A stretch of DNA of 64,000 bases from a virus (Duplodnaviria > Caudoviricetes). A program made the position numbers and the translations under genes. The DNA is taken from IMG/VR virus record IMGVR_UViG_2671180616_000002, positions 4,542 through 68,541 of that record, one strand, 5' to 3'. The notes under the pieces were generated by a model, which did not search any database, was not told where the DNA came from, and was given only the letters and a program-made list of their open reading frames with translations. Shown one piece after another: positions 20,071 through 28,681 of the stretch; position 1 is the first letter of the stretch; the number at the start of each line of letters is the position of its first letter.

Positions 20071-21135
20071 ATGGCGACGCCACCGAGTGCTGCCACATTC
20101 CTGAAGGCCCTCCGCGACGAGGGGCTGAAGGTCGTCGAAGTCGGCGACTGGCGCACCCACAACCGCAACCACAAGGGCCCGTTCGGCCCGGTGCACGGTG
20201 TGATGATCCACCACACCGTCACCAAGGGCACCGCGAACACCGTCAAGATGTGCCGCGACGGGTACGCGGGCCTGCCCGGACCGCTGTGCCACGGCGTCAT
20301 TGCCAAGGACGGCACCGTCCACCTCGTCGGCTACGGCCGGGCCAACCACGCCGGCATGGGCGACGACGACGTCCTTAAGGCCGTCAAGGACCAGACCGCG
20401 CTGCCCGCGGACAACGAGGCCAACACCGACGGCAACCGGGCCTTCTACGGCTTCGAGTGCGAGAACCTCGGCGACGGCAAGGACCCGTGGCCCGAGGCGC
20501 AGCTGGAGGCCATCGAGAAGGCGGCCGCCGCCCTGTGCCGCCTCCACGGCTGGGACGCCGACAGGGTCATCGGGCACCTGGAGTGGCAGCCGGGCAAGGT
20601 CGACCCGCGCGGCTTCACCATGCGCTCCATGCGCGACCGCATCAACCAGCGACTCGGCAGCAGCAAGCCCACCCCGCCCCCCGGCCAGCCCGCGACCGGC
20701 GGTGGCACGGGGACGTACACCGTTCGTAAGGGCGACACCCTGTTCAACATCGCCAGGGCGCAGCAGACCACTGTCGCCAAGCTCGTCGACCTCAACGACC
20801 TGGACGACCCGAACGAGATCAGCGTCGGGCAGAAGCTGAAGGTGCCCGCGAAGAGCACGCCGGCCCCGGCCAAGCCGTCTCCGTCGTACGAGCCGTTCCC
20901 CGGCGCCAGCTTCTTCCATGGCGGCCGCCACAGCCCCATCATCACCGCCCTCGGCAGGCGCCTCGTAGCCCTCGGATTCGGCAGGCACTACAAGAACGGC
21001 CCCGGACCGAACTGGACGAACGCGGACAAGCGCAACGTCGAGGACTTCCAGCGTGCGCAGGGCTGGACCGGCTCGAACGCAGATGGCATCCCCGGACCGG
21101 AGACCTGGAAGCGACTCCGCATCCCCAAGGTCTGA
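20071..21135 (+). CDS. Endolysin: N-acetylmuramoyl-L-alanine amidase + LysM + peptidoglycan-binding domain
   Basis: VMIHHT, RANHAG, GFECEN, IGHLEW...KVDP (amidase_2); YTVRKGDTL...ISVGQKLKVP (LysM); FQRAQG...ADGIPGPETW (PG-binding). Confidence 0.92.
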   Translation: MATPPSAATFLKALRDEGLKVVEVGDWRTHNRNHKGPFGPVHGVMIHHTVTKGTANTVKMCRDGYAGLPGPLCHGVIAKDGTVHLVGYGRANHAGMGDDDVLKAVKDQTALPADNEANTDGNRAFYGFECENLGDGKDPWPEAQLEAIEKAAAALCRLHGWDADRVIGHLEWQPGKVDPRGFTMRSMRDRINQRLGSSKPTPPPGQPATGGGTGTYTVRKGDTLFNIARAQQTTVAKLVDLNDLDDPNEISVGQKLKVPAKSTPAPAKPSPSYEPFPGASFFHGGRHSPIITALGRRLVALGFGRHYKNGPGPNWTNADKRNVEDFQRAQGWTGSNADGIPGPETWKRLRIPKV

Positions 21136-21177
21136 CCACCTCACATCGCTCCGCCCTACCTCTCGAAGGAGAACCTC

Positions 21178-21540
21178 GTGAAGATCCTCGGACGCGAACC
21201 GGCTGTACTGCTGGGACTTGTAGCCGTCCTCATCAAGCTCGTCGCTGCGTTCGGTGTCGACGTCAGCGGCGAGCAGCAGGCCGTCATCAACGCCGTCGCA
21301 GCAGCCGCCGTCGGCGTCGCCCTCGCAGTCATGGCCAGCGACGGCCTCGGCGCCGCCCTGCTCGGCTTCGTCCAGGCCGCCCTCGCCCTCGCAGTTGGCT
21401 TCGGCCTCGACTGGTCCGCGGAGCAGCAGGCCGTTGTCCTCTCCGTCGGCGCAGCAGTCGTTGCCATGTGGGACCGCACCCAGGTCACCGCTCCCGTGCC
21501 AGCCTCTGCCGTCAAGCCGTCCGTCACCGCGGTCTCCTGA
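21178..21540 (+). CDS. Holin
   Basis: 120 aa with several hydrophobic segments, REPA start and RTQVT motif, directly after the endolysin. Confidence 0.75.
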   Translation: MKILGREPAVLLGLVAVLIKLVAAFGVDVSGEQQAVINAVAAAAVGVALAVMASDGLGAALLGFVQAALALAVGFGLDWSAEQQAVVLSVGAAVVAMWDRTQVTAPVPASAVKPSVTAVS

Positions 21541-21563
21541 CCCTTCGCAGATCCGGAATCGAC

Positions 21564-21875
21564 ATGGCTGATGAGCCGTCTCTGGGGGAGCTGGGGCGGC
21601 TCATCCAGCTCATGCGTGGCGACATTCGCGACGACATGGCGCAGATCAACTCCCGCCTCGACCGCATGGTGAGCACGGACGTGTACGGGGTGGAGAAAGC
21701 AGCCCTCGAACGGGAAATAGCCGACTTGAAGAAGGACGTGGAGAGCGTGCAAACGGAGAGGAACACGGACCGTGAGCGGGTCACCCAGACCCGGCGCTGG
21801 CTCTTCGCATCGGTCATCGTGCCCGTCCTCGGGCTGATTCTTCCCGTCGTCTTCTTCCTCGCCGGCACCAAGTGA
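21564..21875 (+). CDS. Lysis-cassette membrane protein (coiled coil + C-terminal TM)
   Basis: [12 protein letters not shown]..., terminal hydrophobic helix. Confidence 0.6.
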   Translation: MADEPSLGELGRLIQLMRGDIRDDMAQINSRLDRMVSTDVYGVEKAALEREIADLKKDVESVQTERNTDRERVTQTRRWLFASVIVPVLGLILPVVFFLAGTK

Positions 21876-22615
21876 TGAGGGCCCAGAGCCGGGTGGAGGC
21901 CCGCAAGCAGCGCAAACGCGGAGACTACATAGCCGCAGGCGCCGCCCTGATCGCGGCGGTCGTACTGGGCATCACCCTCACGGCGTTCGTGCTCCTCTCC
22001 CGCAACCTCGACGAGGCCAACCTGGCCCGCGACGCTCTGGCCCGGCAGGTGCAGGCGCTTGGGGGCAAACCGGTGGCAGGGCCGCCCGGATCTCGCGGCG
22101 AGCCGGGACAGGGAGCTGTTGGCCCGCCGGGTCTTGCCGGCCCGCGCGGTCCGTCCGGTGAGCCCGGCAAGCCCGCCCCGACCCTCACCCCGAAGCCCGG
22201 CCCCCCTGGCCCTCCCGGACCGCAGGGCATCGTAGGGCCCGCATCTACCGTGCCCGGACCGGTCGGACCGACCGGTCTGCCCGGTCAGGACGGTGCGCCT
22301 GGTCAGGACGCCACGGGTGTACCGGGCCCACCCGGTACACCTGGGCAGGACGGCCAGGATGGTGCTCCGCCAGCGGCGTGGACGTACACGGACGCCGACG
22401 GGAACACCTACCAGTGCACGCCGGTCGAGGACTTCGACCCGGACAATCCGCGCTACCGGTGCACCCCGGACGATCCGCCACCGAGCGAACCGGCCCCGGA
22501 TCCTGCGCCTTCCCCTTCGGCGTCTGCTTCGCAGTCGTCTGAGCCCGACCCGTCCAAGGGAAACTCCGACGGTGCCCTGTTTCCGCTCAAGCTCCAAGAG
22601 CGTCGGCGCCCATGA
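21875..22615 (+). CDS. Membrane-anchored collagen-like protein
   Basis: N-terminal TM, Gly-X-Y repeats, C-terminal segment with two Cys. Confidence 0.75.
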   Translation: MRAQSRVEARKQRKRGDYIAAGAALIAAVVLGITLTAFVLLSRNLDEANLARDALARQVQALGGKPVAGPPGSRGEPGQGAVGPPGLAGPRGPSGEPGKPAPTLTPKPGPPGPPGPQGIVGPASTVPGPVGPTGLPGQDGAPGQDATGVPGPPGTPGQDGQDGAPPAAWTYTDADGNTYQCTPVEDFDPDNPRYRCTPDDPPPSEPAPDPAPSPSASASQSSEPDPSKGNSDGALFPLKLQERRRP

Positions 22616-22632
22616 TCACTGGCTTCGCCCAC

Positions 22633-22675
22633 TCTGTCTTATAGTTCCGCACAGCAAATAACGTGATCTTGCAAA
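22633..22675 (+). repeat. Left copy of a 43-bp inverted repeat
   Basis: TCTGTCTTATAGTTCCGCACAGCAAATAACGTGATCTTGCAAA matches the reverse complement of 36016-36058 at 42 of 43 positions. Confidence 0.95.
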
Positions 22676-22829
22676 TCTGATCGCTCCGCCTCTGACCTGC
22701 GCATACTCGGGTCAAAACCCCACTCCGAGGAGCCAGGCGCCACCTCGGCCGACCAGGCTGTTCCCCTAGGATGCACATGTGTCCCCGGCCGCTTTCCTCG
22801 GCCGGGGGCACACCATTCGCACTCGCTGA

Positions 22830-23072
22830 TCAGGCTCCGCGCAGGATCTCGTACCGCAGCTGAGCTTCAGGGGACCGGTCGTTCAGCCACCCTTCGCCGT
22901 GCTGGTCGCAGTTCTTGCTGTCGTCTTCGCTGCCGCGACGCAGCCAGCAGTGGCCGTGCTCGTCAACCCGGGGGCAGCAGCCGCAGGTGGCCTCGCAGCA
23001 CTCTTCACCGGGTGTGCAGTCAGCGCAGCGATCACCCGCGCAGTAAGGCTCTGGGGCCTCAGCCTGAGTCAT
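22830..23072 (-). CDS. Small Cys-rich hypothetical protein
   Basis: MTQAEAPEPYCAGDRCADC...CCEATCGCC...; last gene of the minus-strand operon. Confidence 0.5.
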   Translation of the reverse strand: MTQAEAPEPYCAGDRCADCTPGEECCEATCGCCPRVDEHGHCWLRRGSEDDSKNCDQHGEGWLNDRSPEAQLRYEILRGA

Positions 23073-23083
23073 GGTCACAGCCC

Positions 23084-23416
23084 TTACTCCCCGGTGGCCC
23101 AGGGTGCCTTTTGCATGTAGCCCCCGTTGCGGTTCTTGAAGTGCTCCGTCACCGAGATGCCCATCTTCACAAGTGGGCGCAGGGCGGCGGAGGCGGCGAC
23201 CTGAAGGTCGTACGCATCGGAGAGCGGTCCGGCGGACAGCTGATACTCCTCGACGGCGGGCCAGTCGTCGACGAGGTAGTGGATTCGCCACCCGTCGCCG
23301 TCGGGTTCGAAGGCGATGCCGACCTGGTGGCGGTGAGCGGTGGCGAGGAGGTCGCCCACGGCTTGCAACAGCTCGGGCGGGTAGGCGTTCGGCTCAGGGC
23401 TCAGGTTGTCGCTCAT
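23084..23416 (-). CDS. Hypothetical protein
   Basis: GAGGA RBS, MSDNLSPEP..., good codon bias. Confidence 0.6.
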   Translation of the reverse strand: MSDNLSPEPNAYPPELLQAVGDLLATAHRHQVGIAFEPDGDGWRIHYLVDDWPAVEEYQLSAGPLSDAYDLQVAASAALRPLVKMGISVTEHFKNRNGGYMQKAPWATGE

Positions 23417-23442
23417 GGTCGTGGTCCTCACTGCTCGGTGGT
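23414..23442. repeat. 29-bp direct repeat, copy 1 (gene junction)
   Basis: CATGGTCGTGGTCCTCACTGCTCGGTGGT, 27/29 identical to 23887-23915. Confidence 0.9.
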
Positions 23443-23889
23443 CAGGGCTTGCATGGGGAAGTTCACGGCTCGGGTGGCCGGCGGGTAGTCGGCGTCGGCC
23501 CCGCCGGTGAGTAGGGCGAGGGACCAGGCGGTAGTGGCGTGCTCGAAGTTCTGGCGGGTCTGGTGGTAGTCGGCTGCGGCCGCCTTGACGTACCGGGCAG
23601 CGGCGGTGCTGTACCGGGTGACTTCGCTGGTGCAGGTGAGGATGTCGCCTAGGAGACTGTCGACCGCCAGGTACCAGGAGTTGAGCATCCCGGCGTGCTC
23701 GCGCAGCATGTCGCGGGTCGTGTCCTGCCCGTACTCGGTCTCGTGCCAGCGGATGTGCTCAATGGTGAGCGAGGCGAAGCAGTCGCGGAGGCCGCTGCTT
23801 TGGACGGCGGCTTCGTAGTCGAAGATGGCACGGGTCTCGCCGGGGGTGAATGCCTCGGTGTCGTACTCGTAGATATCCAGGTCGGCCAT
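23428..23889 (-). CDS. Hypothetical protein flanked by 29-bp direct repeats
   Basis: GAGGA RBS, MADLDIYEYDTE...TTEQ*. Confidence 0.6.
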   Translation of the reverse strand: MADLDIYEYDTEAFTPGETRAIFDYEAAVQSSGLRDCFASLTIEHIRWHETEYGQDTTRDMLREHAGMLNSWYLAVDSLLGDILTCTSEVTRYSTAAARYVKAAAADYHQTRQNFEHATTAWSLALLTGGADADYPPATRAVNFPMQALTTEQ

Positions 23890-23915
23890 GGTCGGTGTCC
23901 TCACTGCTCGGTGGT
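23887..23915. repeat. 29-bp direct repeat, copy 2
   Basis: CATGGTCGGTGTCCTCACTGCTCGGTGGT. Confidence 0.9.
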
Positions 23916-24062
23916 GCGGTCGAGGTCCTTGTCGGTGGCCGGCACCAGCTTGGCGATGGGCTTCCCGTGCCGGGTGATCAGCACTTCCTCGCCCTGGAAG
24001 CCGACCTCGTTCAGCAGGTCGGCGAAGTTCCTGCGCGCCTCTTCGGCTGTCATCGTCTTCAT
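23901..24062 (-). CDS. Phd/YefM-family antitoxin-like protein (53 aa, not in the ORF track)
   Basis: Manual translation MKTMTAEEARRNFADLLNEVGFQGEEVLITRHGKPIAKLVPATDKDLDRTTEQ fits the Phd N-terminal DNA-binding consensus. Confidence 0.85.
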   Translation of the reverse strand: MKTMTAEEARRNFADLLNEVGFQGEEVLITRHGKPIAKLVPATDKDLDRTTEQ

Positions 24063-24120
24063 CCCTCGACTCTACCAGTCTGCTAGGATCTATAGAACCT
24101 TACAGAACTGGAGAAGTCGA

Positions 24121-24687
24121 GTGCAAGAGGCGCTGACACCCGAACTGGACCGGCTGTGTGGAAACTCGGAGTGCGAGGTGGACCTGTCGGCCGCCCTGGA
24201 GGCAGGGGACAAGTCGAAGTACTGCTCGACACGTTGCAAGGGGCGGGCGTACCGGGCCAATCGGCGTCGACGCGCTTCGGAACTGAGTAGCAAGTTCTGC
24301 ACAGGCTGCCAGGAGGAGAAGGGCATCGAGCACTTCTCGCAGCCGTGGGTGCACTACTGCCGCCCCTGTGCCAACGCGAGGAGCAGAGAGGACTACATCG
24401 CAAGGGGCGGCGCGGAGTACGCCTACGCCAAGGGGCTGAAGTACCACTACGGCCTGTCGGTTGACGAGTACGCGGCGCGCCTGGAAGCACAGGGTGGACG
24501 ATGCGCGATCTGCCGAGAAGAGTCGCCGCAACGGCTGCATGTGGATCACGACCATCGCACTGGCGCTGTGCGAGATCTTCTCTGCGAAGGATGCAACCAC
24601 GCGATCGGCAAGGCTCAAGAGGACCCGGCCCGGCTGCGCGCCATGGCCGACTATCTGGAGCGTCACACAGCTGCCCCTGAGCGATGA
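24121..24687 (+). CDS. Endonuclease VII-type HNH nuclease with N-terminal zinc fingers
   Basis: YGLSVDEY...QGGRCAIC...LHVDHDHRTGAVRDLLCEGCNHAIG. Start codon uncertain. Confidence 0.85.
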   Translation: MQEALTPELDRLCGNSECEVDLSAALEAGDKSKYCSTRCKGRAYRANRRRRASELSSKFCTGCQEEKGIEHFSQPWVHYCRPCANARSREDYIARGGAEYAYAKGLKYHYGLSVDEYAARLEAQGGRCAICREESPQRLHVDHDHRTGAVRDLLCEGCNHAIGKAQEDPARLRAMADYLERHTAAPER

Positions 24688-24854
24688 TTCCTGGTCGTCC
24701 CACACGGGCTGGCGTTCCTTAGGATCGATCCTGGAGAAGAATCGAACGGATCGAACGCTCTGTGGTCCGTTTTGGCGGGTCGGGGGGAACATCGCGTCTC
24801 ACTCCAAATAATGTTCCTTCTATGGAGCCAAGATCCGGAGCAGGGGAGACGGTC

Positions 24855-25187
24855 GTGGATGAGTCGGAGATGGTGGCTTTCTGGCGATGTCGCCTGGACG
24901 AAGACGAGCAGGCGGCACGCGAAGCGCTGGCCCGGACAACGACGACACGGCGCATGATCGGCGGACAATGGGTAGAGGACACAGTCCAGCCTCCAGAGTG
25001 GCGTCGCTCTACCTGGTCGCCTCAGCGTGTCCTCGCCGAAGTCGCAGCCAAGCGGCAGCGCCTGGCCCACCTCGCTGAAGCAGTAGAGGCCGGGCAGGAC
25101 TCCTACGACTTGGCATCGGTCCTGCTGCCGTATGAGCTGCTGCCGTACGCAAACCACCTGGCCTACAAGGAGAGCTGGCGGCCGTGA
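24855..25187 (+). CDS. DUF6221-like protein
   Basis: FWRCRLDEDEQAA...PQRVLAEVAAKR...LPYANH..YKESWRP. Confidence 0.65.
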   Translation: MDESEMVAFWRCRLDEDEQAAREALARTTTTRRMIGGQWVEDTVQPPEWRRSTWSPQRVLAEVAAKRQRLAHLAEAVEAGQDSYDLASVLLPYELLPYANHLAYKESWRP

Positions 25188-25432
25188 GCCCCGAGGACGA
25201 GGCGACCGCGCACCTGCTCGTGACTGCGGCCTTTCATGATGCCGCCGTCAGCGCTGACGAGCGGGGGGACGCCAGCGTTGGCGACTTCTCCCGGGCTGTC
25301 ATCCGGCTGTTCGAGGAGCACCAGCGCCTCGAAGGCTCGCTGTACCTGGTCGTGATGAAGTACGCGCTGGAGCACGCACCGCCCGAGGATGTGGCGGCCC
25401 TGCGGCGCTGGATCGCGGAGGTGGATGCGTGA
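25184..25432 (+). CDS. Hypothetical protein
   Basis: GTGA overlaps on both sides. Confidence 0.5.
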   Translation: MSPEDEATAHLLVTAAFHDAAVSADERGDASVGDFSRAVIRLFEEHQRLEGSLYLVVMKYALEHAPPEDVAALRRWIAEVDA

Positions 25433-26586
25433 CCGAGCATGCGGACGTGGTGGACGCGGAGTTGGTCGAGGAGGACCGGCTCCCGGCCATCCCCGAGGAC
25501 CGTGCCCCTGCCGTACGGCAGGAGGACGAGGACCCGGACGCGTGGCTGCCGCCCGAAGCTGAGGAGGACGTCAAGGCGGGCATCCCCCGGGACACCAGCC
25601 GGGCTTACGAGGGTGACATGCTGCGGTTCGCCCAGTGGTGTGAGCAGGTCGGCCGCCGGGTGATGCCCGCCGCACCGCAGACCGTGACCGCGTACATGTC
25701 GTACCTCAAGCGCACACCCCGGGAGAAGACCGGCCGCCCGTACGGCCCTTCCTCCATGGACCGGATCATCGCGTCCATCCGCTCCTCGCACCGGGCGGCG
25801 GGCTTCAAGCCGCCGGACACCATGGGCGCGCGGAAGGTCGTCGCCGGGTACAGGGCTGCCCTGTCCGTAGCCCAGGATCCGGCTGCGACAACGAAGAAGG
25901 CCACGCCGGCGCACCGGGCCGTCCTCCGCGAAGCGCTCGCCCACCTGGACCGCACCACGCTGGTCGGGAAGCGCGACGCTGCCTTGATGCTCCTGGGGCA
26001 CGCCCTCGCATCCCGTGGCAGCGAGCTCGCGCCGCTGGACTGGCCGGCCAGTTTCACCGAGCTGCCCGAGGGCGGGTTTCGGGTGCGGGTGTACCGCAAG
26101 AAGCGGAAGGTGTGGCAGAACGTGGAGGTGCTGCCCGACCCGGAGCCGGACGTGTGCACTGTCGCGGCCGTGCGCGCTCTCGTCGCGGCGCTGGCCGATG
26201 AGGGGCATCACTCGGGGCCGCTGTTTCTGCGCATCGACCAGTGGGGCTACATGGGCGCCGAGATGACCCGCAAGGGGAAGCCGGTTGGTGACCCGTCGGG
26301 GCGGATCAGCGTCAACGGTGCCTCGGATGTCGTGACGCGGTCCATCGGGCGCACGGGCCTGCCTGGGGAGTGGCGGTCGCACTCGCTGCGCCGCGGGTTC
26401 GTGAAGACCGCCCGGGACGCGGGCGTGGACATCGTCGACATCGGACGGCACGGTGGCTGGGACGACCGGTCCAAAGCCCTCATCGGATACATCGACGAGG
26501 AGGAGAGTACGGGGGAACGGAACCCGCTGGCGAAGATCGGAACGGCCGCTGTGAAGCAGAAACAGAAGGCAGAGGAGCAGCAGTGA
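25429..26586 (+). CDS. Cre-like tyrosine recombinase
   Basis: N-terminal core-binding domain (TSRAYEGDMLRFAQWC); RDAALMLLG...SRGSEL; HSLRRG; GGW; catalytic Tyr in LIGYID. The Trp in place of the second His matches P1 Cre. Confidence 0.88.
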   Translation: MTEHADVVDAELVEEDRLPAIPEDRAPAVRQEDEDPDAWLPPEAEEDVKAGIPRDTSRAYEGDMLRFAQWCEQVGRRVMPAAPQTVTAYMSYLKRTPREKTGRPYGPSSMDRIIASIRSSHRAAGFKPPDTMGARKVVAGYRAALSVAQDPAATTKKATPAHRAVLREALAHLDRTTLVGKRDAALMLLGHALASRGSELAPLDWPASFTELPEGGFRVRVYRKKRKVWQNVEVLPDPEPDVCTVAAVRALVAALADEGHHSGPLFLRIDQWGYMGAEMTRKGKPVGDPSGRISVNGASDVVTRSIGRTGLPGEWRSHSLRRGFVKTARDAGVDIVDIGRHGGWDDRSKALIGYIDEEESTGERNPLAKIGTAAVKQKQKAEEQQ

Positions 26587-27665
26587 CCGCCAAGGAGTAC
26601 AGGCCGGCGTCGGTGCGGCAGCTCGATGCGGTGGTGGATGCTCTGGCCGGGTCGGTGTCGGCGGGCCGGTTGCGGCAGCTGCGGATGACGGTGGGCATGT
26701 TCGCCCGGGCGGTGGGGCGTGAGGAGCTGGCCGGGCGGGGGTCGCGGAAGGCTGCCCGCTTGTTCGATCCGGATGTGCTGGGTGTGTTCTGGGAGCTGGC
26801 GGTGGCCGGTGAGCTGCGGCACTTCGACAAGGACGTGGGTAAGGAGTTGCCGCTGGCGTCGCAGCGGATCGTGCGTGACTGCTTGGCGATCCTGGCCCGT
26901 CAGGTGGTTCCGGGCCGGGTGGTGGGGTTGCCGTCGTTGCCGCAGGTGGAGTTGAAGGAGACCGTCGGCGGGCGGCAGGTGACGGCCCTGTACCGGGAGC
27001 TGGTGGAGTTGGCGTCCGGGGGGCCGTTGGAGTTTGGTGGGGCGGTGATGTCGTACGAGGACCGGACTCGGTTGCTGGCGATCGTGTCGGTGGTGCTGGA
27101 TTCGGGGGCCCGGTCGGGGGAGTTGGCGGCGATGGCGTTGGATGATCTGGGGCCGGGTGAGGTGTGGGTGGGGTTGCGCCGGCGTCAGCAGAAGGGGCCG
27201 CGTTCCCGGGCGGAGGAGATTGCCGCCCGGTTGGGGTTGTCGCCGGTGACGGTGCAGGAGGTGCTGTCGGAGCGGCCGCGGGGCATCTCGGCGTTCACGC
27301 AGTCGCGGGTGTGGGAGGTGGCGGCCGCGTTGGATCCGGTGCCGGAGGTGGAGCGGTACGAGCTGCGGGAGGGCTCACGGGTCGCTGTGCGCCGCTGGCT
27401 GCGGGTGCGGGAGCAGGTGGTGGCCCCGTTGGAGGGGGCGAAGACCGCCCTGTGGGTGCGGCTGTGGCCGAACCGGTACGGGCCGGCCGGGTTGCCGTTG
27501 CGGGCGCAGGGGCTGCGGCAGTCGTACGCGCGGGGCATGGGGGCGTTGAACATGCTGATGGCGGGGCAGTACGGGTGGTCGCCGATGCCGACGACGTTGG
27601 AGCAGCTGCGCCGGGCGGTGCCGGCCGTGCCGTTGGAGGAGCCGTCGGCTCAGTCGCCGTCGTAG
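26583..27665 (+). CDS. Tyrosine-recombinase-fold protein lacking the catalytic Tyr region, with an inserted LacI-type HTH
   Basis: RTRLLAIVSVVLDSGARSGEL (box I); AEEIAARLGLSPVTVQEVLS...ISAFTQSRVWEVAAAL (LacI-like HTH); ends shortly after TTLEQLRR. Confidence 0.7.
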   Translation: MTAKEYRPASVRQLDAVVDALAGSVSAGRLRQLRMTVGMFARAVGREELAGRGSRKAARLFDPDVLGVFWELAVAGELRHFDKDVGKELPLASQRIVRDCLAILARQVVPGRVVGLPSLPQVELKETVGGRQVTALYRELVELASGGPLEFGGAVMSYEDRTRLLAIVSVVLDSGARSGELAAMALDDLGPGEVWVGLRRRQQKGPRSRAEEIAARLGLSPVTVQEVLSERPRGISAFTQSRVWEVAAALDPVPEVERYELREGSRVAVRRWLRVREQVVAPLEGAKTALWVRLWPNRYGPAGLPLRAQGLRQSYARGMGALNMLMAGQYGWSPMPTTLEQLRRAVPAVPLEEPSAQSPS

Positions 27666-28180
27666 CCCCACATGTCGGGGGTGTCCCCGCAGCAGGCTGG
27701 GCACATGCAGCGGCAGGTGTTCTCCCGCCCGGTGCACGGCCCGGGCGTGCCGGGTTCACCGTCTTCGTGTGCCGCAGCTCCGGGGCAGTAGGGGCCCGGC
27801 TTCGGGCAGTCGGCCACCGCCATCTCGTGCGTGTTGCACCAGGTGCGCAGGGCGGTCTCAAGCTGGGCGTCGCCCCACGTGTGGCCGTAGCGGCGTGCGT
27901 TCTCCTCCCACGGGCATCGGGCTTCAACCTCCTGGGGCGGGCAGGAGGGGGCGGCGCCGTCTGGGTAGGTAGCCCAGCCGCCCTTTTCGGGGAAGGACGT
28001 CCAGCTGCGCCCGTCGGGGGCAACCCACTCCAGCCACTCCGGGGCGCCGGTGGCGGGGCGGCGTGTCAGGCGGCGCCAGACGGTGACCCCGCAGGCGGTA
28101 CACCGCGTAGCGTCCTGGCTGCCGCCTTCGAAGCAATGCTGGCCGGTGAGGTCGGCCAAGCGGATCTGGATGCCATGCAT
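27650..28180 (-). CDS. Cys-rich hypothetical protein
   Basis: GAAGGAGG RBS, MHGIQIRL..., multiple CxxC. Confidence 0.55.
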   Translation of the reverse strand: MHGIQIRLADLTGQHCFEGGSQDATRCTACGVTVWRRLTRRPATGAPEWLEWVAPDGRSWTSFPEKGGWATYPDGAAPSCPPQEVEARCPWEENARRYGHTWGDAQLETALRTWCNTHEMAVADCPKPGPYCPGAAAHEDGEPGTPGPCTGRENTCRCMCPACCGDTPDMWGYDGD

Positions 28181-28194
28181 GGTGGCCCCTCCTT

Positions 28195-28395
28195 CTACAC
28201 CCCGGGTATGGGGTCTTGGTCGACGTGGTGGCGTGGATGGCTGCCCTGGCGGTCTGGATCGCACTCAGGGCCCAGTCTTCTCGACCGAGAGATTGGGTCG
28301 GTCAAAGACCTTTTGCAGTCGGTACAGCGGACGGTGGGGAGGTGGGCGACGCGGGTGTCGTCCAGCGTGGGCTGCTGTGCGGGGCGTCTGGCCAT
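28195..28395 (-). CDS. DUF6011-like zinc-ribbon protein
   Basis: CTDCKRSLTDPISRSRRLGPEC. Confidence 0.65.
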   Translation of the reverse strand: MARRPAQQPTLDDTRVAHLPTVRCTDCKRSLTDPISRSRRLGPECDPDRQGSHPRHHVDQDPIPGV

Positions 28396-28472
28396 GGCTC
28401 TCATTGTGGCTTGGTGATCGGGGGTAGCGGCGTGGCGAGTAGATCCGCTACGCTGCGCGTGCGCGATCAGTA

Positions 28473-28509
28473 TGAAAAGGCCACTACCCGGTTCGGGGCA
28501 GTGGCCTTC
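28473..28509 (-). terminator. Intrinsic terminator for the WYL operon
   Basis: Minus strand GAAGGCCACTGCCCCGAACCGGGTAGTGGCCTTTTC. Confidence 0.65.
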
Positions 28510-28522
28510 TGCATGTCCAGGA

Positions 28523-28672
28523 TCAACCGGCGTGCGGCAGCCAGTGCTTGGGGTCATTGCCGGTTCCGCAGCAGGTCGGGCAGTTCCCAGTGTCCGGGTC
28601 GCAGCCGTCGCAGCCGGTTCCGTTGCACTGGGGGTGGGCGCCATCTCCCTGGCAGGTGCGGCAGTCGTACAT
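28523..28672 (-). CDS. 49-aa DnaJ-type CxxCxGxG zinc-finger microprotein (not in the ORF track)
   Basis: AGGAGG RBS; MYDCRTCQGDGAHPQCNGTGCDGCDPDTGNCPTCCGTGNDPKHWLPHAG*. Confidence 0.7.
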   Translation of the reverse strand: MYDCRTCQGDGAHPQCNGTGCDGCDPDTGNCPTCCGTGNDPKHWLPHAG

Positions 28673-28681
28673 GAGGTCCTC

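Noticed and set aside
24720-24760. TCGAAC repeats as a LexA SOS box
   Set aside because: They are direct repeats and lack the inverted GTTCGA half of the actinobacterial box.
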